Source of the DNA: Candidatus Methanoperedenaceae archaeon
Lineage (GTDB): Archaea > Halobacteriota > Methanosarcinia > Methanosarcinales > Methanoperedenaceae
Assembly: GCA_963753595.1 (NCBI GenBank)
Contig: CAVWCX010000017.1
Span: forward strand, 1-11,804
Direction of reading: 5' to 3'
DNA length: 11,804 nucleotides
A program made the translations under genes and the position numbers. Of the stretch, positions 1-7,450 are shown one piece after another. The notes beneath the pieces are model-generated. The model had not been told where the DNA came from. It did no database searches and was given only the letters and a program-made list of their open reading frames with translations. Numbering within the stretch: the stretch's first letter is position 1; the number at the start of each line of letters is the position of its first letter.

Positions 1-200
1 CACTTCTTTTATAAAAAGCACAAAAACAAGAAAGATACTATATCTTAGTTTATAGGATGTTCTTGAAAAACAAGCAAAAAAACACCTTTATTTTATAACG
101 CGGCTGTTTTTCCTTCTTATCTGCTTTTTTATTTACCAATAAAAAATGAGTTTTTTAATGTCCATACCCTTCATACCCATGTTCATAAACTATTATCATT

Positions 201-1640
201 ATGATACGCATAAGATTTGGGCTTGCACTATTCGTAATGATTATTTTAACCGGGCAGGCAATGGCTGCCGATGTAAAAGTATTTCCTCCAGTTTATTTAG
301 CGAATGAGGGAGGAACTTTTGATTTGAATGTAACAATAGACCCGCAGGGAGCAGCAATTGCAGGTGCGCAATTAAATATCGGGTTTGACCAGACAAAGAT
401 CAGAATAAATAAAATTACTGAAGGGAACTTATTCAAACAGAATGGAGCAGGCACTTTTTTTGCAAACGGCATTATAAATAATTCAACAGGTACCGTGATA
501 AATATTTTTAGTGTAGTAATTGGCAGGACGAATGTATCAAATCCTGGCACATTCATTATTATAAATGCTACAGTCATCGGTTCATCAGATACATCCGAGA
601 TAAATCTTTCAAACGTCAAGATCAGCAATTCTGACGCCCGGCCTGTACCTCTGGTAGTATATAATGGAAGTATGACCATTAACGGCCTGCCAGTACTTTC
701 CCAGATCGGCGATAAGAAGATTTTTGAAGGCCAGGCTCTTAATTTCACTATATCTGCAACCGATAATGATTCAGACACCCTTGCATATTCAGCTTCAAAC
801 CTGCCGACCGGGGCAACTTTTGACCCCGCCTCACAAACTTTCACCTTGATACCTGATTTCACACGATCCGGCATTTATCCCGATGTACATTTCGAAGTTT
901 CAGATGGAACATTTATGGATTTTGAAAATATCACAATAACAGTGAATAAGCGTTCAAATATTATTGTAACGCCATCAAGCAAGATAGTGAACACCGGGCA
1001 GACATTCAGCCTTAACATATCGATTGACCCAATGGGTAATCCGATCGCAGGGGCAGAGCTTTCTCTCATATATGACGGATCGCTCCTTAACGTGAATAAC
1101 ATCACAGAGGGAACTCTTTTCAAACAAAACGGATCAAGCACGATCTTAAGCGATGCAATAGAGAATTTTTCAGGAAAAGTAAACAATATTTATGGATCGA
1201 ACCCTGATCCTTATAATGTTACAAATGAGGGGACGTTCATTATTATCAATATGACCGCCATAGGCATATCTGGAACCTCTTATTTTAATCTTTCCAATGT
1301 GAAAATCTCTGGCCCGGATGGGGCTGGAATTCCTTTTAATGTGACTAATGGAAGTGTAACAATCAATCTCATTAACGGTAGAGTAATTGACAGCGTCACT
1401 AAAACGGGTATTGAAGGGGTGAAGGTATTCAGCGATGAAAGCAACTCAACAACGACTGATGCATCAGGGTTCTATTCATTGTCCGTTATTTCTGAAACTA
1501 ATATTACTGCGACATTTGACCCCACATATTATACGAATAGTACGGGGATCTCAACACTATTGAGCCCTGCCGGGGTACAGGATATCTGGCTTGTTAAGAA
1601 GCCGACAGGAAATATTACAGGCTCGGTAATGAATATTTAA
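201..1640 (+). CDS. Secreted cohesin-domain protein: signal peptide, cohesin, cadherin/Ig-like (He_PIG-type) domain, second cohesin, carboxypeptidase-regulatory-like beta domain
   Basis: N-terminus MIRIRF, a hydrophobic core and AMA|A form a signal peptide. Two homologous ~136-aa domains (aa ~24-160, ~253-388) share F-x-L-N-x-x-IDPxG-x-x-IAGA-x-L, ITEGxLFKQNG, GTFIIIN and NLSNVKIS, a cohesin-like pattern. The intervening domain has ATDNDSD and NLPTGATFD. The C-terminal domain has INGRV...GVKV...TTTDASGFYSL. More than 20 N-x-S/T sequons. Domain names are from motif recognition, not a search. Confidence 0.8.
   Translation: MIRIRFGLALFVMIILTGQAMAADVKVFPPVYLANEGGTFDLNVTIDPQGAAIAGAQLNIGFDQTKIRINKITEGNLFKQNGAGTFFANGIINNSTGTVINIFSVVIGRTNVSNPGTFIIINATVIGSSDTSEINLSNVKISNSDARPVPLVVYNGSMTINGLPVLSQIGDKKIFEGQALNFTISATDNDSDTLAYSASNLPTGATFDPASQTFTLIPDFTRSGIYPDVHFEVSDGTFMDFENITITVNKRSNIIVTPSSKIVNTGQTFSLNISIDPMGNPIAGAELSLIYDGSLLNVNNITEGTLFKQNGSSTILSDAIENFSGKVNNIYGSNPDPYNVTNEGTFIIINMTAIGISGTSYFNLSNVKISGPDGAGIPFNVTNGSVTINLINGRVIDSVTKTGIEGVKVFSDESNSTTTDASGFYSLSVISETNITATFDPTYYTNSTGISTLLSPAGVQDIWLVKKPTGNITGSVMNI
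270..1364 (+). repeat. Diverged intragenic duplication of the cohesin domain (copy 1 ~270-680, copy 2 ~957-1364)
   Basis: Protein-level repeat (KITEGNLFKQNG vs NITEGTLFKQNG; NLSNVKIS twice). Visible in DNA as ttcattattataaat vs ttcattattatcaat and taaatctttcaaacgt vs ttaatctttccaatgt. Confidence 0.85.
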
Positions 1641-1714
1641 ACCTTAACTATTAGTAGGTGTTTAAATGTTGATAAAATGTCACAAAAAGCAGACATGCGC
1701 CCAAAGTGGATAGG

Positions 1715-1723
1715 TTTTTTTTT
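1715..1723 (+). terminator. Possible archaeal oligo-T terminator of the cohesin gene
   Basis: T9 run about 75 nt downstream of the stop codon at 1640. Confidence 0.35.
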
Positions 1724-1799
1724 GAGCGCACACCCGGTGTTCACCAATACATGCTCATGTAAATATTTTTCTATTTTATCCATGTAGCTTCAAAATATA

Positions 1800-1850
1800 A
1801 TAATTCAAATTATCATAATTTAATTTATGTTAATCGGAAGTTTTATTATA
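1800..1850 (+). promoter_or_regulatory. Tandem palindromic operator-like sites plus BRE/TATA-like element of the ATPase gene
   Basis: ATAATT-CA-AATTAT (1800-1813) and ATAATT-TA-ATTTAT (1815-1828) repeat with a 15-bp period. GAAG-TTTTATTATA (1837-1850) lies ~21-30 nt before ATG 1871, which fits a leaderless transcript. Confidence 0.5.
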
Positions 1851-1870
1851 TCCTGCATCAATTATCAACT

Positions 1871-3292
1871 ATGGCTTATCAATTTGTTGACCGAAAAAAA
1901 GAAATGTCCTTCCTCAACGAAAAATACTCATCCGGGTCAGCTGAACTGATAATCATATACGGCAGAAGACGTGTGGGTAAGACCGAACTGATAAAACAAT
2001 CATTATCCAGAAGCCCTTTAAGGTCCCTGTACTTGCTTGGAGAGCTTCAGAAGGAGAACCAGCTGTCGTCCATATATTCAAACATTGCCGGACTTTCGCT
2101 TGATGATGATTTTCTTAAAAACAGCCCTTTGAATAAATGGCAGGCGTTCTTTGACTACCTCACAAGATATATCGATAAAAATGGGATGGTGCTTGTTTTT
2201 GACGAGCTTCCTTATATCCATAAGACAAATCCGAATTTTATCTCAATACTCCAGTTTTTCTGGGATGAAAAATGGAAGAACATGAACCTCAAACTTATCC
2301 TATGCGGTTCAAGCATTTCCATGATGCAAAAAATAGCTCTTTCATATTCAAGTCCCATATATGGCAGGCGCACTGGACAGATCGACCTTCAACCTCTTAC
2401 GTATCTTGATTTCAGAACCCTGTTCAATGAATGGGATGAAGAGGATATCATGGGGGCATATGCTGTATTGGGCGGCATTCCACGCTATTGCGAAGAATTT
2501 GACAAAAAGAAAAACCTGTACGGAAACATAGGTAAGGCTTTTCTTGACAGGGATGCTTTCCTATATAAAGAAGCAAAGTTCCTGCTTATGGAAGAACTGC
2601 AGGATTTTGCCAATTATTTTTCTATTCTCAAGGCCATAGCTTTCGGAAAAAATACTTTCAATGAAATATCTAATTTTTCTGGTGTATCCACGAATAAACT
2701 CTTCGTTTACATCTCGAAATTGATAGAATTAAATATCGTCAGGAGAGACATACCTGTGACATTGTCAAAAGAAAAATCCACACGTGTTGGCAATTATGTC
2801 CTTAAGGATTATTTTTTCAGGTTCTGGTTCAGGTATATTTATCCGAACTCGTCCCTTATCGAGATTGGAAAACCTGAAATTGTACTTGATATCATAAAAA
2901 AGGATTTCAATAAATACCTGGATTCGATCTTTGAGGATATTTCAACCGAGCTTCTCCGGAATTTGTCCTTAAATGGAAAATTGCCGCTTTTCACGAAATG
3001 GGGTAAGTGGTGGCGCATGGATTATGAAATAGATATAGTTGCCACGAATGATGCAACTGGAGACATCCTGTTCTGTGAATGTAACTGGGAGGATAAAGAG
3101 ACAGATAAGTCTGTTCTTGAAGAACTGCTGGAAAAGTCTGAAAAAGTAGAATGGGGCGATGAGAAACGAATTAACCATTATGTTGTGGTGTCAAGGAAAG
3201 GGTTCACTGAAGAGGTGAAAGGGTTTGCTGAAAAAAACAAAATCCTGACCTATGATTTCAAACAATTATCTAGAAAAGCCATTCTGGAATGA
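1871..3292 (+). CDS. Archaeal ATPase (ATPase_2-type P-loop) with winged helix, DUF234 and C-terminal PD-(D/E)xK-like domain
   Basis: FVDRKKE N-terminal motif, Walker A YGRRRVGKT, Walker B LVFDE, LILCGSS, SPIYGRRT, GGIPRY, DYFFRFWFRYI, and GKWW...EIDIVA...ILFCECNW. Confidence 0.9.
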   Translation: MAYQFVDRKKEMSFLNEKYSSGSAELIIIYGRRRVGKTELIKQSLSRSPLRSLYLLGELQKENQLSSIYSNIAGLSLDDDFLKNSPLNKWQAFFDYLTRYIDKNGMVLVFDELPYIHKTNPNFISILQFFWDEKWKNMNLKLILCGSSISMMQKIALSYSSPIYGRRTGQIDLQPLTYLDFRTLFNEWDEEDIMGAYAVLGGIPRYCEEFDKKKNLYGNIGKAFLDRDAFLYKEAKFLLMEELQDFANYFSILKAIAFGKNTFNEISNFSGVSTNKLFVYISKLIELNIVRRDIPVTLSKEKSTRVGNYVLKDYFFRFWFRYIYPNSSLIEIGKPEIVLDIIKKDFNKYLDSIFEDISTELLRNLSLNGKLPLFTKWGKWWRMDYEIDIVATNDATGDILFCECNWEDKETDKSVLEELLEKSEKVEWGDEKRINHYVVVSRKGFTEEVKGFAEKNKILTYDFKQLSRKAILE

Positions 3293-3302
3293 AACGGAGA
3301 AT

Positions 3303-4361
3303 TTATATCCATTTCTTTTTTCTAAAATAAACCAGCATTGAAATTCCCACAGAGATCATTACAACCCATATAGCAGGATAACCCAGGCGCCACCTGAGTT
3401 CAGGCATAAATTCAAAATTCATCCCGTAAACACCTGCTATAAAAGTCAGGGGGATAAATATTGTCGCGATTATTGTCAAAACCTTCATGATCTCATTCAT
3501 TTTATTGCTGATGCTTGAAAGATAGACATCAAGCATACCCGATAGCACATCCCTGTAGGTCTCTACAGTATCGATTACCTGTATCGTATGGTCATAAACG
3601 TCCTTAAGATATATCCGTGTGGGTTCCCGGATCAATGGAGATTCGGATCGCTCAAGGGCACTGAGAACATCTCTTAAAGGCCACACCGATTTACGTAGAG
3701 AGATCATCTTTCGTTTTAAAGAATGAATTCCATGTAATGTTTCCGGTTTTGGATCGGTTATCATTGTTTCTTCAACATCTTCGATATTCTCCCCGAGTTT
3801 TTCAAGAATTGAGAAATAGCTGTCAACTATGGAATCCATCAGGCTGTAAGAAAGATAATCTGCCCCCATCTTCCTGACACGGCCTTTACCTGTCCTTATC
3901 CTTTCTCTTATAGGATCGAAAATATCGCCTTCTTTTTCCTGGAACGAAATTACAAAATTATGCCCAAAAATTATACTGATCTGCTCTGAGGTTATTTCTT
4001 TTATTTTTTCATCATAGTAAAGCATTTTCAAGACAATGTAGATATGGGTCTCAAAATCCTCGGTTTTGGGGCGCTGCTCTGTATTCAGGATATCTTCAAG
4101 AAGAAGAGGGTGGAAGTCAAATTTTTTTCCTATCTTTTCTATTATATCAACCTGGTGAAGGCCATCAATATTTATCCATGTGGTCGTTGGCTTATCTTTG
4201 AAGGGAAAACATTCCTCTATGGACTTAGCATCTTTTTCTTCAAATTGGTTTTCGTCGTAATCAAGGATCCTGATCCTTACACTTTCTGATTTTTTCTCCC
4301 CGATATGGATCAATGACCCTGGAGGAAGACCGGTTTTGATTGACCTTTTCTTAATATGCAT
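3303..4361 (-). CDS. corA: Magnesium/cobalt transporter CorA
   Basis: GLPPGSL N-terminus, HPLLLEDILNTEQRPK, MNEIMKVLT, signature YGMNF and MPEL loop, two C-terminal TM helices, basic KKKW tail. Confidence 0.97.
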   Translation of the reverse strand: MHIKKRSIKTGLPPGSLIHIGEKKSESVRIRILDYDENQFEEKDAKSIEECFPFKDKPTTTWINIDGLHQVDIIEKIGKKFDFHPLLLEDILNTEQRPKTEDFETHIYIVLKMLYYDEKIKEITSEQISIIFGHNFVISFQEKEGDIFDPIRERIRTGKGRVRKMGADYLSYSLMDSIVDSYFSILEKLGENIEDVEETMITDPKPETLHGIHSLKRKMISLRKSVWPLRDVLSALERSESPLIREPTRIYLKDVYDHTIQVIDTVETYRDVLSGMLDVYLSSISNKMNEIMKVLTIIATIFIPLTFIAGVYGMNFEFMPELRWRLGYPAIWVVMISVGISMLVYFRKKKWI

Positions 4362-4416
4362 TTAATTTCACGTTTGAATATTATTTAGATTCACCTGGAT
4401 TATAATCAATGTAACG

Positions 4417-4614
4417 TTATTCATCTTCGAAAATAAATAACTCTTCAATTTTCGATTTCAGCGCCTTTGCAACATCATGCGCTAACTTCAGCGATGGATT
4501 GTATTTTCCCTGCTCAAGAAAAACAATAGTCTCGCGCCTGACACCGACTTTTTCTGCAAGCTTTTCCTGGGTCAGGTCATATTTCGCACGAAACTCCTTG
4601 ATCCTGGTTTTCAT
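4417..4614 (-). CDS. XRE/Cro-C1 family helix-turn-helix transcriptional regulator
   Basis: 65 aa with [30 protein letters not shown]...IEELF. The ATG overlaps the upstream TAA by 1 nt (TAATG). Confidence 0.95.
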   Translation of the reverse strand: MKTRIKEFRAKYDLTQEKLAEKVGVRRETIVFLEQGKYNPSLKLAHDVAKALKSKIEELFIFEDE

Positions 4615-4997
4615 TACATATCCTCTTTTTTCTCAAAGTACCAGTTAAGCGCGCTGAAAGTGAACACCATGAAGAAAAAAACAATGCTTAAAGCGCCCCG
4701 AATATCCAGCCTTATGTTAAGCCTGTTTGCAAACATCAGTACAGTTATCAGGATTAACGTGGCAAACCAGGAGCCAGCCAGTGCGCGATACATTACTTTT
4801 CTTGTTCTTTCATCCTGCTCTACTCCCTCGCCATACTTGAAATGCTTGTACAGGCTTGTGAATAGCATCGATAGCCCCACAGCAAATATGCCTGACAATA
4901 TGCTCGAACTTACGATGCCCGGATAATTGCTCAATATCATCCCGATCGCAAGAAAGCCCACTGCAACTGCAATGCCTACTTTATTTTCAATTTTCAT
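4614..4997 (-). CDS. DUF2178-like membrane protein (about 4 TM helices)
   Basis: Two hydrophobic segments, a QDERT motif followed by RALAGSW, then two more hydrophobic segments. Translationally coupled to the XRE regulator, the usual arrangement for this family. Confidence 0.8.
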   Translation of the reverse strand: MKIENKVGIAVAVGFLAIGMILSNYPGIVSSSILSGIFAVGLSMLFTSLYKHFKYGEGVEQDERTRKVMYRALAGSWFATLILITVLMFANRLNIRLDIRGALSIVFFFMVFTFSALNWYFEKKEDM

Positions 4998-5009
4998 AAT
5001 ATCATCTTT

Positions 5010-5063
5010 GTTAGTTGCTTCTAACTTAATGTTATATATTTATAACATTTATTTAAAGCTTTC
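5010..5063 (-). promoter_or_regulatory. Promoter with two GTTA-N8-TAAC operator-like palindromes
   Basis: GTTAG-N6-CTAAC (5010-5025) and GTTAT-N6-ATAAC (5031-5046, extending to the perfect inverted repeat AATGTTATA-N4-TATAACATT at 5028-5049). On the minus strand GAAAGC-TTTAAATA (5063-5050) resembles BRE+TATA. Confidence 0.7.
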
Positions 5064-5150
5064 TAAGGCATCGTACTTAAAATAAATTAGAAAGAGTCAA
5101 AGGTACGAAATACGTTATGGCCAGATAGACATTTTATTTTTTACTACAGG

Positions 5151-6167
5151 TCAACCAATTTTAATTTCAATGTCATATTCATCGAAAATCTCTCCCACAA
5201 GTTCTTCCAGTATGTCTTCTATAGATATTAAACCGATAACTCTCCTGTTATCATCCACCACTACTGAAATATTCATTTTCTTTTGCTGGAGCTCTTTTAA
5301 GATCGGATAAATTTTTCGCCCGCCTCTCACGATCAGGGTCGGGCGCAAAACCTGGTGTACTTTTATCCATCCCAGCTCATGATCAGTGAATTTCAGGAAA
5401 TCCTTCGCATAAACCATCCCGGTGATATTATCAAACGTTTGTTTATAAACAGGAATCCTGGTATGGCCTGATTCGTTAATTAAAGCAAGCGCAGTATCGA
5501 GAGTATTTGATTCCTCAATACACACCATTTTTTCAAGCGGGGTCATCACTTCTGTTGCTTTTGTGTCAGATAATTCAAAAACATTATGGATTATCTCCCG
5601 TTCGTGTTTTTCGATCGTCCCTTCCTTTTCCCCGACTCTTAGCATCATTTTAATTTTATCTTCAGTGACAAAGGGATGCTGCACACGTTCCTTTCCGCCA
5701 AAGCGCACGATCAGGAAATTTATGGATTCAGTTAAAATCCAGACAAGCGGACTTAAGATAAATATCACTGTTCGTATGGGTTTTGCTACATGCAATGCTA
5801 TCGATTCGGGATGTCTTGAAGCAAGCGTTTTAGGAAAAACCTCCCCGAAAACAAGGATGAACATAGTCATCACCGCTGTAGCTATTGCGATCCCGCTGTC
5901 TCCAAATGTATGAAGCGCTGCGCTTGCTGCCAGCACGGAAGCGCTGATGTTGACGATATTGTTGCCTATCAGTATCGCGGTCAGGAACTGTTCAGGATTT
6001 TCAAGCAGTTCTAATATTACTGCAGCATTTTTATTCCCTGTATCGGCAAGGTGCCTGACCCGTATTTTATTTATTGAAATAAGTGCTGTCTCTGAACCGG
6101 AAAAAAAGGCAGACAGCACAACCAATATCGAAATAATTGAAATTTCAATTGCTATAGATAAATCCAT
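5151..6167 (-). CDS. CNNM/CorB (hemolysin-family, DUF21 + CBS pair) Mg2+/Co2+ transporter
   Basis: SAFFSGSETAL, ILIGNNIVN, GEVFPKTLA, VMTP, GHTRIPVY, and GLISIEDILEELVGEIFDEYD. Confidence 0.93.
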   Translation of the reverse strand: MDLSIAIEISIISILVVLSAFFSGSETALISINKIRVRHLADTGNKNAAVILELLENPEQFLTAILIGNNIVNISASVLAASAALHTFGDSGIAIATAVMTMFILVFGEVFPKTLASRHPESIALHVAKPIRTVIFILSPLVWILTESINFLIVRFGGKERVQHPFVTEDKIKMMLRVGEKEGTIEKHEREIIHNVFELSDTKATEVMTPLEKMVCIEESNTLDTALALINESGHTRIPVYKQTFDNITGMVYAKDFLKFTDHELGWIKVHQVLRPTLIVRGGRKIYPILKELQQKKMNISVVVDDNRRVIGLISIEDILEELVGEIFDEYDIEIKIG

Positions 6168-6170
6168 CAG

Positions 6171-7424
6171 TTATTTGACCTTTTTTCCATTTAATTTAAA
6201 TAACTCTGAAACCGTATCCAAAAATCTTTCATCATCATGCTCCGCGGCGTTCCTGAGTATCTTTGTTGGTTCTGCAAGGATCTGTTTGGCAAAAGAATTT
6301 GTCATATCATCCAGGACTTCACGCTCTACATCTCCGATCGTGTGTCTTGACTTGAGTTTGTTTATTGCCGTTTCACGCTCTTGCTCCCGGATTCTCTCAA
6401 CTTTAGAATAAAGTGCTGAAATGATATTATCCGCCATCTGGCGCTTATATTGTCGCTTAAGAAGAGCCAATTCTTCTTCTATAATGATCTCTGCTTTTTT
6501 TGCTTCAGCCCTGCGTTTATCAAGGTTTGTCTCGCTGATGCTTCTTAAACTGTCGATATTATGAAGGCTCACACCCGGCAGATCCCCGGCACTGCTTTCG
6601 ATATTCCTGGGGTTTCCAATGTCTACCAGCAGGATATTGTTATTTCGTTTTTCCAATAGTCTTGACATTATTTCTTTTGTTAAAACAAAATGAGGCGCCT
6701 TGGTGGCACTTATTACAACATCTGATCTGGGGATATAATCGTCCATTTCCTCATAAGGCACAGCTTCGCCATTCAATTCACAAGCCAGGGCCTGTGCTTT
6801 GTCTAATGTCCTGTTAGCCACATAAATAACCTTGATATCCTTATTGGCAAGCGCTTTTGCCACAAGTGTCCCCATCTCTCCGGCGCCTATTACCATTACT
6901 GTTTTTCCAACAAGTCCGCCTAATTCCTTTTCAGCCAATTCCACTGCTGCTGAACCAATAGATACTGAGCCTTTGTTTATCCCGGTTTCATTCCGGGTAC
7001 GCTTTCCCACCTGGATCGACTTATTGAATGCAGTATCAAGGACCTTTCCAACGGCTCCGGCTTTCTTTGCCATCTGGAACAATTCTTTTACCTGCCCAAG
7101 GATCTGATCTTCACCCACGATCATCGATTCAAGACCAGAAGTCAGGCGCAGGAGATGCCTGAGTGATTCTTCATGGTCAAGGAAATCAATGATCCTTGAA
7201 GAGACTTTCATATGTTTTGCAAACTCAAAAAGAACTTTGCTCCCTTTTGGTGAAACAACATAAACTTCAACACGGTTACAGGTCTTAAGTACAGCGCATT
7301 CCTCCACAAGTTCATGTGACTTAAGATGCACCAGAAGATGGTCTATGCCGCCATGCCATGCGCCTTCCATTTCTTCTATTGTCGCCTTGGTATGAGTAAT
7401 TAGCATGCTTGATATTTCTGTCAT
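6171..7424 (-). CDS. hemA: Glutamyl-tRNA reductase
   Basis: Catalytic TCNRVEVY, GLESMIVGEDQILGQV, NADPH-binding IGAGEMG, ANRT, and DIGNPRNI. Confidence 0.98.
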   Translation of the reverse strand: MTEISSMLITHTKATIEEMEGAWHGGIDHLLVHLKSHELVEECAVLKTCNRVEVYVVSPKGSKVLFEFAKHMKVSSRIIDFLDHEESLRHLLRLTSGLESMIVGEDQILGQVKELFQMAKKAGAVGKVLDTAFNKSIQVGKRTRNETGINKGSVSIGSAAVELAEKELGGLVGKTVMVIGAGEMGTLVAKALANKDIKVIYVANRTLDKAQALACELNGEAVPYEEMDDYIPRSDVVISATKAPHFVLTKEIMSRLLEKRNNNILLVDIGNPRNIESSAGDLPGVSLHNIDSLRSISETNLDKRRAEAKKAEIIIEEELALLKRQYKRQMADNIISALYSKVERIREQERETAINKLKSRHTIGDVEREVLDDMTNSFAKQILAEPTKILRNAAEHDDERFLDTVSELFKLNGKKVK

Positions 7425-7450
7425 TGATTGTCCCTGTTTTTATGTTCGTT

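Noticed and set aside
293-1186. Antisense ORFs of 193 aa and 103 aa inside the cohesin gene
   Set aside because: Shadow frames of a well-supported gene, with no recognisable motifs.
5059-5094. Inverted repeat CTTTCTAA-N20-TTAGAAAG
   Set aside because: Short and AT-rich with a long spacer and no target-site duplication; cannot be distinguished from chance.
6165-6173. hemA and the CNNM gene are in frame (TAA CTG ATG), suggesting a fusion or readthrough
   Set aside because: TAA is not a recoded stop and both proteins have complete adjoining termini; this is ordinary tight operon spacing.
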